This document shows positions 1 to 8,159 of a stretch of 32,000 nucleotides of DNA, in pieces. The notes beneath the pieces are model-generated. The model saw nothing but the letters and a program-made list of their open reading frames with translations, was not told the origin of the DNA and searched no databases. Made by a program: the position numbers and the translations under genes. The stretch spans positions 23,456 through 55,455 of the forward strand of contig CANRYS010000020.1 of the NCBI GenBank assembly GCA_947644305.1, given 5' to 3'. The stretch's first letter is position 1; each line of letters starts with the position of its first letter. This stretch comes from an uncultured Roseburia sp. Its GTDB lineage: Bacteria > Bacillota > Clostridia > Lachnospirales > Lachnospiraceae.

Positions 1-84
1 TAGATAATCGTTATACAGAAAATAATCCTCAAGAGTAGAAACGATGTCTGCCTCATCGTCTACGATAAAATCGTATCTCTCATT
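1..84 (-). pseudogene. Response-regulator receiver domain N-terminus (partial, runs off the window); apparent frameshift at the start
   Basis: The minus frame reads NERYDFIVDDEADIVSTLEDYFLYNDYL, a classic receiver N-terminus. That frame is closed by a TAG (85-87) and has no start codon. The only SD+ATG (GGAGGG then ATG at 81-83) is in another frame and stops after 7 codons. The frames would join with a 1-nt change in the A/T run at 67-70. Confidence 0.35.
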
Positions 85-94
85 CTACCCTCCA

Positions 95-226
95 CTAAAT
101 CGTTATTTCAATCTGATTTTCTTCAAAGTCAACTTCCGTATCCGCTGGAAAAAACATTCCAATCCAATATTCCGGTATACCATCCACTATATGCACTGCG
201 CCGATGTAAGCTATTTTAACAGCCAT
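95..226 (-). CDS. Hypothetical 43-aa protein (MAVKIAYIGAVHIVDGIPEYWIGMFFPADTEVDFEENQIEITI)
   Basis: Its ATG overlaps the upstream TGA (TGATG) and a GGAGGT lies about 8 nt upstream. Its stop overlaps the SD of the next frame. No recognisable family. Confidence 0.3.
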   Translation of the reverse strand: MAVKIAYIGAVHIVDGIPEYWIGMFFPADTEVDFEENQIEITI

Positions 227-801
227 CAGCATATACCTCCATAATCTCCGATTTTTCCCAGCAGCTTCCCAATGCTGTGATACATTCCCGAGTAAATCAC
301 AGGGTCTAATTTTGTAAGGTCAATACCAAAAGTGTCTCCGCACATAAGCTGCTTGTCTATTTGAACATTTTTGATTTTACAGAAAAAGGTAGCAGAATCC
401 CCTGTCTCAACAGTTTGCACCACTTCGCATTCATAAACCCATCTACTTGAATCAAGAATGGGAACATCCACGGCTTCCCCTCTGCTGACACTATAGGGAA
501 CTGCGTCTTTGAGTCCGTCTTCGGCACGGTGCGTCCCAAAATAGTCCATAAGTCCAAGTATATCCGTGCTGACGAGGTTGGCGCTTAAAACGCCTGTGCG
601 AAGCACGTTCTCTTTCGTTCTTTTTGTACCGAACATACTAATGACCAGCAAATAATCATGATCCCTTTCGCATGTAACGCTGACCCATGTGATCGGGGCA
701 AAATTATGTGTCCCGTCTTCATTGTTCGTGCCAATGATAAAAGCCGGCTGAACGCACATCGAAAAATGTGGTCCCATTGATTTTCTTTTTACAGTTTCCA
801 T
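226..801 (-). CDS. Flavin reductase-like (FMN-binding split-barrel) family protein
   Basis: 191-aa ORF with ATG at 799-801 and a GGAGGG SD. The sequence pattern PAFIIGTNNEDGTHNFAPITWVSV is typical of the Flavin_Reduct domain. Confidence 0.7.
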   Translation of the reverse strand: METVKRKSMGPHFSMCVQPAFIIGTNNEDGTHNFAPITWVSVTCERDHDYLLVISMFGTKRTKENVLRTGVLSANLVSTDILGLMDYFGTHRAEDGLKDAVPYSVSRGEAVDVPILDSSRWVYECEVVQTVETGDSATFFCKIKNVQIDKQLMCGDTFGIDLTKLDPVIYSGMYHSIGKLLGKIGDYGGIC

Positions 802-819
802 ATGTTTTGTTTCCCTCCT

Positions 820-1452
820 TCAATCCTTCGCCCAAAGTATGGCAAACTCCTCATTGTCCGTTTCCCACGTTTCGGGATTCAGTGGCGCATTTACGTTGTA
901 AAGATAACCCGTCTCGCCGTAACGTCCCAATTTTTCAGAATTGTAATGAGCTTCGTCCATCCAGACATTTACGATTTTAACACAAAGCACGGCATGATAG
1001 CTTCCTTCAAAAAGCTCTTTTTCCCACACCGTTTCACATTCCAGATTTAGAAAGCATTCGTCAACCACGGGGGCATCCACCTTGCTGCCGTCACAATAAT
1101 GCAGCCCTGACGCTGAAAGCTCGTCCGTTTCATACCCATTATTTTTCACCGTGTCCATACACCTGTCAATGCAGTTTTTATTAGGAAAGTTAATCACCAT
1201 CTGCTTTCTCTTGGTTGCAATCTCATACATATGAGACCCTTTATTCACGCTTCCGAAAATACAATAAAATTCATTTTCACTGGAAAAGCAGAACCATGAC
1301 TGCATCGTCGCATTTGCAGCACCGTTCTGCTTATATCCGGTTACAAGCACCAGAGGCGCAGGAATTGCCGTTACGTGTTCCAGCCAGTTAAATCCATACC
1401 ATTCCCTTTCCTTCATTTCATCCGGAATATAAAAAAACTGTTTCTTGTTCAT
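820..1452 (-). CDS. Flavin reductase-like family protein (second paralogue)
   Basis: The ORF track starts at 1497. The ATG at 1450-1452 (MNKKQFFY...) follows GGGGGA and is the likelier start. TAIPAPLVLVTGYKQNGAANATMQSWF is the typical domain core. Confidence 0.65.
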   Translation of the reverse strand: MNKKQFFYIPDEMKEREWYGFNWLEHVTAIPAPLVLVTGYKQNGAANATMQSWFCFSSENEFYCIFGSVNKGSHMYEIATKRKQMVINFPNKNCIDRCMDTVKNNGYETDELSASGLHYCDGSKVDAPVVDECFLNLECETVWEKELFEGSYHAVLCVKIVNVWMDEAHYNSEKLGRYGETGYLYNVNAPLNPETWETDNEEFAILWAKD

Positions 1453-1497
1453 GATTATCCCCCATTTCTGCACTATAATCTTTTTTATTTTTCGCAT

Positions 1498-2493
1498 TTA
1501 CCAGTTCAATGACTGGTACTCAATGGCACGTTCACGCAATATAAGATCCTGCAATGCCTCATCCGCCGATTTTCCTTCAAACAATACGGCATTAATCTGC
1601 TCCACAATCGGCATGTTTACATGATGCTTGTTGGCCAGCGCCATCGCCGCCCTGGCACAGTTCACTCCCTCAATCTCCTGACGGATTTCTTTTTTTGCCT
1701 CTTCCAGCGTCTTTCCCTTTCCAAGCAAATAGCCGCAGTTATGGTTCCGGCTGTGTGTGCTCGTGCACGTCACAATGAGATCACCAATCCCGGACAACCC
1801 GAAAAAAGATTCCATTTTCCCCCCCATCTCCATGCCGAGACGGCTGATTTCCGCGATGCCTCTTGTCATAAGTGCCGCCTTTGTATTATCCCCCAGTCCC
1901 ATCCCTTCCAAAATTCCGGCAGCGAGCGCGATCACGTTTTTCAATGCCCCACCGATTTCAATGCCAATCCGGTCTGGGCTCACATACACTCGAAAATGAT
2001 TTGCCATAAACACATCCTGAATAAATACCGCTGTCTTTTCTGTCCTCCCACCGACTACAACCGTAGTCGGCATGCCCTTGGATATCTCCTCCGCATGGCT
2101 CGGCCCGGAAAGAATGGCAACATCCGCCTGAGGAAGCTCATCCTCCAATATCTCACACATCGTCATAAGCGTCTTATCTTCAATTCCCTTCGCCACATTG
2201 ACGACAATCTGGCCGGGCTTAACAAACGGTTTCATAAGCCGCGCAGTCGAGCGCATATAAGGAGACGCCACCGAAACGGCAATAATATCCTTGTCTTTAC
2301 ATGCCTCTTCAACATCGTCTTCAATTTTTACCAAATCTGGAAACCTCGTCCCCGGCAGGCAGTCCACATGCTCCCGCTTTTTCCGGAACTTGTTTGTTGC
2401 TGACCACAGTACAACCCGGTGACCATTATTCGCACATAAAATGGCAAGTGCTGTTCCCCAGCTGCCTGCACCCAAAAAACATATCCGTTTCAT
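1498..2493 (-). CDS. gpsA: NAD(P)H-dependent glycerol-3-phosphate dehydrogenase
   Basis: 331 aa. N-terminal Rossmann motif ICFLGAGSWGTALA, plus GALKNVIALAAG and the CTSTHSRN region characteristic of GpsA. Confidence 0.93.
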   Translation of the reverse strand: MKRICFLGAGSWGTALAILCANNGHRVVLWSATNKFRKKREHVDCLPGTRFPDLVKIEDDVEEACKDKDIIAVSVASPYMRSTARLMKPFVKPGQIVVNVAKGIEDKTLMTMCEILEDELPQADVAILSGPSHAEEISKGMPTTVVVGGRTEKTAVFIQDVFMANHFRVYVSPDRIGIEIGGALKNVIALAAGILEGMGLGDNTKAALMTRGIAEISRLGMEMGGKMESFFGLSGIGDLIVTCTSTHSRNHNCGYLLGKGKTLEEAKKEIRQEIEGVNCARAAMALANKHHVNMPIVEQINAVLFEGKSADEALQDLILRERAIEYQSLNW

Positions 2494-2523
2494 TCTTCTT
2501 TATGTTTCCTTTCTCCAAATTTA

Positions 2524-3219
2524 TTATAAGCGTCTAATCATCCCTCGCTCTTGTATCAGCCTGTCTTCTTCATCTTTGTCATAAGGAATCTGGTGCTGAA
2601 TAACTGCAACTTTTTTTTCGTCATACTCAATAACAGTGTAATTACTCAAACTGTCATTTCTCCGTTGACCTACGGATGCACAGTTTATCAGTAATTTGCC
2701 GTTCATTGGTATTACGTGCGGCTCATGGAAATGTCCATAAACAATAATGTTTTCCTCCAAACCTCCATATGTATTCTCCAAAACCTCCAAATCTCTGTCA
2801 GATCCGCAAGTATAGGATTCCATATCGTTTAAAGCCGCATGGAATCCTATCAATGTGTACGCATTATTCAGTGTGATTCTGATTTCCGTTGGCAGGCTTG
2901 TTATAAGCCGGTAATACTCAGATTTCAGATTTTTTTTGAGCCAGCCATGAGTGAAATAAATTTCAGGATAGTAATCTCCGTTATCCTCTCCACGGTCAAT
3001 CAGATTAAGTATTTCTTCATGTCCGCCCCGTATGAGAACTACATTATTCTCAAGGCATAAATCTATTATATCATTGCAGCCGGCTCCCCATCCAAAATAG
3101 TCTCCTAAGCCAATAATATTTTCCACGTTTTCCAGTTTTTTTACTTCTTTTATAACTTCTTTAAGCCCGGTTATATTACCGTGGACATCTGAAAAAAGCA
3201 CTATTCTTTTTGTATCCAT
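2524..3219 (-). CDS. Metallophosphoesterase family protein (calcineurin-like/YfcE-like)
   Basis: Motifs in canonical order: DVHGN, GLGDY, RGGHE, GHFHEPH. ATG at 3217-3219 with a GGAGAAAGAGG SD. Confidence 0.82.
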   Translation of the reverse strand: MDTKRIVLFSDVHGNITGLKEVIKEVKKLENVENIIGLGDYFGWGAGCNDIIDLCLENNVVLIRGGHEEILNLIDRGEDNGDYYPEIYFTHGWLKKNLKSEYYRLITSLPTEIRITLNNAYTLIGFHAALNDMESYTCGSDRDLEVLENTYGGLEENIIVYGHFHEPHVIPMNGKLLINCASVGQRRNDSLSNYTVIEYDEKKVAVIQHQIPYDKDEEDRLIQERGMIRRL

Positions 3220-3290
3220 CCTCTTTCTCCTGATTCAAATTACCATTTGTTTTATTTTATCCTCCATTTCGAAGCGACACAAATAGTGGG

Positions 3291-3322
3291 GTGAAAAATA
3301 AGCCATCGAGCTTATTTTTCAC
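3291..3322 (-). terminator. Perfect 13-bp inverted repeat (GTGAAAAATAAGC-N6-GCTTATTTTTCAC) downstream of the MBL hydrolase gene
   Basis: Hand-checked reverse complementarity. The 3' arm is U-rich, but no long U tract follows. Confidence 0.4.
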
Positions 3323-3349
3323 ACTAAGCTTCTTCATGCTTCCTCTCCC

Positions 3350-4069
3350 TTAACAGATCCTGACAATATTTTCTGTCAGTCTGTCATATTTCTCCAAAAT
3401 ACCCGCATCGTGGAACGGCAGCGGTATCCATCCTCTATCATATGCCTTCTGGATAAACCTCTCATTTTTCTCTCCGCAAACACGGATACCGATGGGAATA
3501 TTTTGTTCCATATTGTCACACAAATAGCATTCGTCTCCCGTAATGCAATAGGTATCATTGCCCATTTGAAAATTGAGAACCGAAGAATCCGGCATATGCC
3601 CTCCGATCACTTCAAAGTAGAATCTGTTATAAAAACATTCCCTTTCCTCCACCAGCGAGATCTGGGCTCTCGTCTCCTGTAACCTGTCCCTCACGGCAGC
3701 GGTTCCCTCCGACACTGCCTGCTCATAAGTCAGCTTTGACATGATCAGCCGCACATTGGGATACAGGTCAATGTTGTTGATATGATCCCAGTGACTATGT
3801 GTCAAAAATATGGCGTCAATCTCAGGAAACAAACCGAAAACCTGTCTGATCTCCCCTTCTACTGAAAGCAAGGACACACCCATCTCCGCCGCTAGCTGCT
3901 CGTCCCTAAACCCAGTGTCAAACAGAAAATGCTTTCCGTCAGCCTCCGCAATGTAATAGAAGAAAGAGAAATCCGGTATTAGTTCACGATTTCCTTTCTG
4001 AGTGCGGAACACAGTCTCCATTGTTCCATATTGAAACCCTTTTGCAAAACGAATGCCATATACTTTCAT
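3350..4069 (-). CDS. MBL-fold metallo-hydrolase (lactonase-like)
   Basis: HxHxDH motif (THSHWDHINN). The ORF track start at 4108 is a GTG. The ATG at 4067-4069 (MKVYGIRF...) follows AAGGGG and is preferred. Confidence 0.78.
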   Translation of the reverse strand: MKVYGIRFAKGFQYGTMETVFRTQKGNRELIPDFSFFYYIAEADGKHFLFDTGFRDEQLAAEMGVSLLSVEGEIRQVFGLFPEIDAIFLTHSHWDHINNIDLYPNVRLIMSKLTYEQAVSEGTAAVRDRLQETRAQISLVEERECFYNRFYFEVIGGHMPDSSVLNFQMGNDTYCITGDECYLCDNMEQNIPIGIRVCGEKNERFIQKAYDRGWIPLPFHDAGILEKYDRLTENIVRIC

Positions 4070-4093
4070 AGGTACCCCTTTCTCAAAATAACC

Positions 4094-4114
4094 CCTGTGA
4101 ATTTTCACAGACTA
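4094..4114. repeat. 3'-flank repeat, copy A (cctgtgaattttcacagacta), containing the palindrome CTGTGAA-TT-TTCACAG
   Basis: 20/21 identical to 7098-7118. Overlaps the stop codon of the 87-aa ORF. Confidence 0.8.
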
Positions 4115-4375
4115 TTTCATTAAATTGTACTGCCCCAGGAGCGTTTCATGGAGCACGGTGCCGCACCAGTTATTCCAGCTATGCATGCCGCTTCCGATAT
4201 AACCGTTTGGTTTCACATACTTCTGAATTAACTGCATGTGTGGAAGTTCATATATTTCATCCATGAACTGTTTCTCTTCCTGCGCAGAAATATTGCCTAT
4301 AATTTCTTTTCTCAGTCGATACTGAATTACCGGTCCCGAATGATTTAACAAAAAATCGATTGATTTATTTTTCAT
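4112..4375 (-). CDS. Hypothetical 87-aa protein
   Basis: ATG at 4373-4375, preceded by the shared 5'-flank repeat that supplies GAAGGA. No family recognised. May be a truncated N-terminal fragment. Confidence 0.4.
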   Translation of the reverse strand: MKNKSIDFLLNHSGPVIQYRLRKEIIGNISAQEEKQFMDEIYELPHMQLIQKYVKPNGYIGSGMHSWNNWCGTVLHETLLGQYNLMK

Positions 4376-4380
4376 ATCTT

Positions 4381-4422
4381 ATTTTTCCTTCTCGCCTCTG
4401 TATGTAAACTCACCACCTCACA
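4381..4422. repeat. 5'-flank repeat, copy A (42 nt; minus strand TGTGAGGTGGTGAGTTTACATACAGAGGCGAGAAGGAAAAAT)
   Basis: 38/42 identical to 7981-8022 by hand alignment. Lies 5 nt from the start codon in both copies. Confidence 0.85.
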
Positions 4423-4939
4423 ATTTCTTTGAAAGATATATGACAAGATCATCATCATTTATGCACTCCTCATATGGTGTGCATATTTTCTCTTGATACC
4501 AAACACCCGAACCATCCGGTATATAACCACGCTTCACATACATTCTCTGAGCATTTCCATAGCCACTATGAAGTCCGACACCCAGGTACACTATGTCCGC
4601 ATATGTTGCAGCTATTTGTTCAGCTATATCCATTAAAACGGTACCAATACCCTGATTCCGGTATTTTTCCAAAACGCCAAAATCAACAATTTCCGGATAG
4701 CCTTTTCCTCCAAATGCTCCCCCTGCATGATCTGGATAAATATTTATATATCCAACTGGTTTTCCGGAGTATTCCGCAACCAATGAAATTGCCTTTCCCA
4801 ATCTCTGGTCCTCTAATCTTTTTTCATATTTCTCAATCGACGCATGCCATCCCTGTTCGATTTCCGCATCCGTAATTACCTGTGCATCTTCAGGCTCCAT
4901 GTTGCGAATCGTTAATTGTTCATTCGTAAAATAAATCAT
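4418..4939 (-). CDS. GNAT family N-acetyltransferase
   Basis: 173 aa. Acetyl-CoA binding motif RNQGIGTVLMDIAE. GGAGGAG SD before the ATG at 4937-4939. Confidence 0.85.
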   Translation of the reverse strand: MIYFTNEQLTIRNMEPEDAQVITDAEIEQGWHASIEKYEKRLEDQRLGKAISLVAEYSGKPVGYINIYPDHAGGAFGGKGYPEIVDFGVLEKYRNQGIGTVLMDIAEQIAATYADIVYLGVGLHSGYGNAQRMYVKRGYIPDGSGVWYQEKICTPYEECINDDDLVIYLSKKL

Positions 4940-4978
4940 TTGAGTTCTCCTCCTTAACTTAGCTCGACGGCGAGCATT

Positions 4979-5062
4979 TTACAGACAGCGATATATTAAA
5001 TCACTCGCTTTATAAAAGATCTCTTCCCCATCTTCTTTAGTAAGAGCCAGGGTGATTTGCAT
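4979..5062 (-). CDS. Possible 27-aa small protein (MQITLALTKEDGEEIFYKASDLIYRCL)
   Basis: GAGGAGG SD 4 nt before the ATG at 5060-5062. Lies between the phosphorylase and GNAT genes. No homology recognised. Confidence 0.25.
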   Translation of the reverse strand: MQITLALTKEDGEEIFYKASDLIYRCL

Positions 5063-5106
5063 AGTACCTCCTCAAAATGGCACTTTCTCCCGGTTCCTAT
5101 ATTCTA

Positions 5107-5868
5107 TTATTCTGCCGCATATCTAGCCAGTTCCAACGCAATGTCAAAATGCCCCGCATCATGCTGGGTGCCTTTCGTCTGTCCTTCTTTTCGCCTTGCA
5201 TCCCATTTGGGGGCATCAAGCAAATCCCCGCTTGTAAAAAACATGTACAAATTCAGTCCTCTGAAATCACACATCGCCTGCAAGGCGGCGCATTCCATCT
5301 CTACGGAGATACAGCCGTCCGATTTATGCTTCTCAAAGTTATTGACGGTTTCCCTGTAGAAAGAATCAGTGGTCCATGTTTTTCCTTTCACATAAGGAAT
5401 CCCGTTTTCCTCCATGAAAGCGGCAACAATATCCGCATTTCCTACAGTAACGTAATCCGATGCAGGCGCATAATGATAAGAAGTGCCTTCATCCCGCCAG
5501 GCCCTTGTCGGTATCATAACTTTTCCGCGTGCAATTTCCTTATTCAGACAGCCAGCAGCGCCAAATACAACATACTTATCCGTCTTTATTTCCGACAACG
5601 TATCCTCCACCGTTCCGACACACGCAGGCGCTCCCACATAGGTTTTATAAAATGCAAATTTCTTACCTTTGTAATTGATACAATAAATCGGTGTATTGCC
5701 CGTTGCAAACCAAAAAGATGCAATCTGCCTGCATTCGTAATTCTCCAAAACAAACTTTTCAATCACATGAGAAAAAGTCAGAATACACGCATCCACCTGC
5801 GGCGCATTTTCCTTTATCTGTGGATTGATGATTGCCGGGGACTGGTTGTCAAAAGCTTCTGTAATCAT
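5107..5868 (-). CDS. Nucleoside phosphorylase (PNP/UDP family, uridine phosphorylase-like)
   Basis: 253 aa. GAAGCL, a TWTTDSFYRET-like region and the VEMECAAL motif typical of the PNP_UDP_1 fold. Confidence 0.75.
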   Translation of the reverse strand: MITEAFDNQSPAIINPQIKENAPQVDACILTFSHVIEKFVLENYECRQIASFWFATGNTPIYCINYKGKKFAFYKTYVGAPACVGTVEDTLSEIKTDKYVVFGAAGCLNKEIARGKVMIPTRAWRDEGTSYHYAPASDYVTVGNADIVAAFMEENGIPYVKGKTWTTDSFYRETVNNFEKHKSDGCISVEMECAALQAMCDFRGLNLYMFFTSGDLLDAPKWDARRKEGQTKGTQHDAGHFDIALELARYAAE

Positions 5869-6017
5869 GTTTTTCTCTCCTCTCTTTCTGCATTCTTCAG
5901 GCTAAGCTCACAGAATATGCCAATACGTATTTTGTGTCATCACTATCATTAGCAATCTACTCTTTAATCTCTTCAGCAGTTGTTCCAAGTTCAATGTGTA
6001 TCCTCCAGCCACAGGAA

Positions 6018-6401
6018 TTATTGGCTTTCGGAACGTTCAACTATTAAGAACCACTTAAATCCAAATTTATCTTTTACTGCACTCATACAAGCTGCAAAAT
6101 CTGTTTTATGAGGTTCTTCCAACACGGTTCCCTCCTCTTTTAATATGTCGAAAACTTTCCAGACTTCGGCAACTGTATCAAAATCTACAGCAAAAAATAA
6201 CGAATCCGCTTGAATTTCCTTTCCGGTACCGCCATCAGATAGCCTAATTCTTTGATTTCCAATTCTTGCTTCTGTATGATAGATAAAGTTTGTTTTTTCA
6301 TCCTTCCCTTGCCAATCAACTTCTAAATGAAATGCCTTTTTATATAACTCAATCACCTCTGCGCAACGACCGCCACAATGTAAAGTTGGTATTAAAAACA
6401 T
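6018..6401 (-). CDS. VOC family / PhnB-like (glyoxalase-fold) protein
   Basis: The ORF track start at 6428 is a TTG. The ATG at 6399-6401 follows GAGGAGG at 8 nt. ELYKKAF...HTEARIGNQRIRLSDGG resembles PhnB/3-demethylubiquinone methyltransferase-like domains. Confidence 0.7.
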   Translation of the reverse strand: MFLIPTLHCGGRCAEVIELYKKAFHLEVDWQGKDEKTNFIYHTEARIGNQRIRLSDGGTGKEIQADSLFFAVDFDTVAEVWKVFDILKEEGTVLEEPHKTDFAACMSAVKDKFGFKWFLIVERSESQ

Positions 6402-6501
6402 GTTCTTTGCCTCCTCTGCTTTTGACAACTTATTTCCTCAACTATATTCTTACTGCTTCACCGAATTCGGACATGTAATGATCCGGCGTGTCACAATTTT
6501 T

Positions 6502-6948
6502 TCAGTCCGATGTGACATCAATTTCCCCTTTCACCGATTCCCAGTCTATAAACAAGCTATAACGCTGGGTGGTGAAGCGAATCACACAGAGATTGGGATC
6601 ATCGGGGCCAGAAAAATGATTTGCTAAACCATCGTACCACATCTCCCGACATGTTTCCGGGTCGGTGCAGACCTCGGCCGTACCAGTGAGGGAAATATGA
6701 TAGGTTGGAGAATTCAGACACACGGCAGCCTTGTTATCTTGCCCAAGTCGCACAGGGCTTGGAGCGTACAGACCTGTGCAAAAGGTGATCCAGCGTATTC
6801 CCTCGCTGCGGGAAGGGCTGATAGTTGTAGGCACAGGGGAACCGTCCGGGTCGATGGTAATAAGAGTGGCAAAGCTGTCCTTGTCCTGACGCACAGTACG
6901 CTGGGCGATGATTTCAGCGGCACGGGCCAAAATATTTTTTGTGTTCAT
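6502..6948 (-). CDS. Pyridoxamine 5'-phosphate oxidase family protein (general stress protein 26-like)
   Basis: Preferred start is the ATG at 6946-6948 (MNTKNIL...), behind AAGGAGG. Split-barrel-like sequence with the ...ATLITIDPDGSP... core. Confidence 0.7.
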   Translation of the reverse strand: MNTKNILARAAEIIAQRTVRQDKDSFATLITIDPDGSPVPTTISPSRSEGIRWITFCTGLYAPSPVRLGQDNKAAVCLNSPTYHISLTGTAEVCTDPETCREMWYDGLANHFSGPDDPNLCVIRFTTQRYSLFIDWESVKGEIDVTSD

Positions 6949-6977
6949 ATAAATGCCTCCTTTGAGTAATGGAAATT

Positions 6978-7014
6978 CTAAAATAAAATACAATCACAAG
7001 ACTTGTCAGTCCTG
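6978..7014 (-). terminator. Candidate intrinsic terminator after the APH-family gene
   Basis: Minus-strand CAGGACU-GACA-AGUCUUG hairpin (7 bp including one G.U), followed by UGAUUGUAUUUUAUUUU. Confidence 0.4.
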
Positions 7015-7097
7015 CATCTGACGGTGTGCGTTTCTGTTATCCTGATTTTAACATAAGCATCCCCCTCCGTCCAGTCCGGGCAATCACCATCAGCTCA

Positions 7098-7118
7098 CCT
7101 GTGAATTCTCACAGACTA
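7098..7118. repeat. 3'-flank repeat, copy B (cctgtgaattctcacagacta)
   Basis: 20/21 identical to 4094-4114. Overlaps the stop codon of the APH-family gene. Confidence 0.8.
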
Positions 7119-7975
7119 ATCATATCCCACAACACCTCCTTCTGTGCCAGACCAAACTCCAATATCTTCCAGAGGGAGTCGACGGCATCATCACCATAAC
7201 ACTGCATATAGGAAATCTGCATATATGCCGCTCCAGACCACAGTGCATCATATTCCTCGCGCGTAATCTCTTCTTCCCCATAATATCCCTCCAAAAACGC
7301 CTTCGCATAATCAAACCGATACCACAGATTCATCTCATCGTCATGTTCTACAAACTGGCAGATCAGGGCGTATCCCGAATCAAGGCAGCGGCTCCCCAAG
7401 CCGGAATCATCCAAATCAATAAGTATCAGTCTACCGTCCGGGGTCATTATGACATTGTGCGGCCCAAGATCGGTATGTATCAAACACTGATCCAACTCAC
7501 GAAAGTCTGGAAGCTGGTCAAGTATTCTGTCAAACGCAGACTTAAATGCCCTGTCCGTAAACCATCCGTAAAATCTCTGCTTATCCCCGGTTATACCCGC
7601 AGGGTACTGATACTCCGTATAGGCGTGATACCGCTTTGCAAGTCTGCCTAGAAGATATTCGTTTTCCACAGTAGCTTCCAATGGATGGCCATCGATAAAC
7701 TCTAACAGATAAAACCAGAATCCGTTTTCTTTTACATAAAAACTGCCATTCTTCATGGCAATAACACAAGGTGCCATTCCCTTTTCATTTCCTAGAAACT
7801 GATGGGCAGTCACATTCCCTCTGATTACACATTCCGGCATTTCTGCTGGAATTCCTTTCAATATATAAAAAAGTTTCTCTGCCTTAATTTTATAAATTAA
7901 TCTCGGAGAATTCTCATGTAACTGCTCCAGCACTTCTGTTTGGCAAAAGTCCCAATGTTTCAATACATGTTCCAT
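7109..7975 (-). CDS. Phosphotransferase enzyme family protein (aminoglycoside/choline kinase-like, APH fold)
   Basis: 288 aa. Catalytic loop HTDLGPHNVIM followed by LIDLDDSG (the Brenner-type HxDxxxxN...D arrangement). Confidence 0.8.
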   Translation of the reverse strand: MEHVLKHWDFCQTEVLEQLHENSPRLIYKIKAEKLFYILKGIPAEMPECVIRGNVTAHQFLGNEKGMAPCVIAMKNGSFYVKENGFWFYLLEFIDGHPLEATVENEYLLGRLAKRYHAYTEYQYPAGITGDKQRFYGWFTDRAFKSAFDRILDQLPDFRELDQCLIHTDLGPHNVIMTPDGRLILIDLDDSGLGSRCLDSGYALICQFVEHDDEMNLWYRFDYAKAFLEGYYGEEEITREEYDALWSGAAYMQISYMQCYGDDAVDSLWKILEFGLAQKEVLWDMISL

Positions 7976-7980
7976 TACAT

Positions 7981-8022
7981 ATTTCTCCTTTTCGCCTCTG
8001 TATGTAAATTTACCACCTCACA
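7981..8022. repeat. 5'-flank repeat, copy B
   Basis: 38/42 identical to 4381-4422. Supplies the SD (AAAGGAG) for the APH-family gene. Confidence 0.85.
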
Positions 8023-8159
8023 TACCTCCTTTAACTGACATTGCATTTCCTCTCTATCATATTGAATCGTTCCAGCTTCTCCAACATAGCAAGGGTATAA
8101 TAGGTTTCTTTAAGCATTGCCAGTCACTTCTCCTTTCATCTCCATTCTCATTGACAGGT

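Noticed and set aside
4095-4110. Rex or CRP/FNR-type operator (TGTGA...TCACA) in the 3'-flank repeat (also at 7099-7114)
   Set aside because: The half-sites match TGTGA/TCACA, but the spacing is N4 in both copies. Rex and CRP sites have TGTGA-N6-TCACA. The elements also lie at gene 3' ends rather than in promoters.
5107-5868. PNP-domain effector of a Detocs/CBASS-like defence system
   Set aside because: It is a stand-alone 253-aa uridine-phosphorylase-like protein with no fused receiver or sensor domain, and no adjacent kinase, cyclase or buffer genes.
5077-5952. Long plus-strand ORFs antisense to annotated genes (5077-5952 291 aa; 1621-2403 260 aa; 21966-22568 200 aa; 20622-21203 193 aa; and many shorter ones)
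   Set aside because: Each lies wholly inside a minus-strand gene with clear family motifs. Their translations are Arg/Ser/Cys/His-rich low-complexity strings typical of shadow frames, and they lack SD sites.
4094-8022. Integron-type gene cassettes (attC sites) as an explanation for the bracketing repeats
   Set aside because: No integrase gene is in the window, and the palindrome has no RYYYAAC/GTTRRRY core sites. The 5' repeat includes an SD, whereas integron cassettes are normally promoterless units ending in attC.
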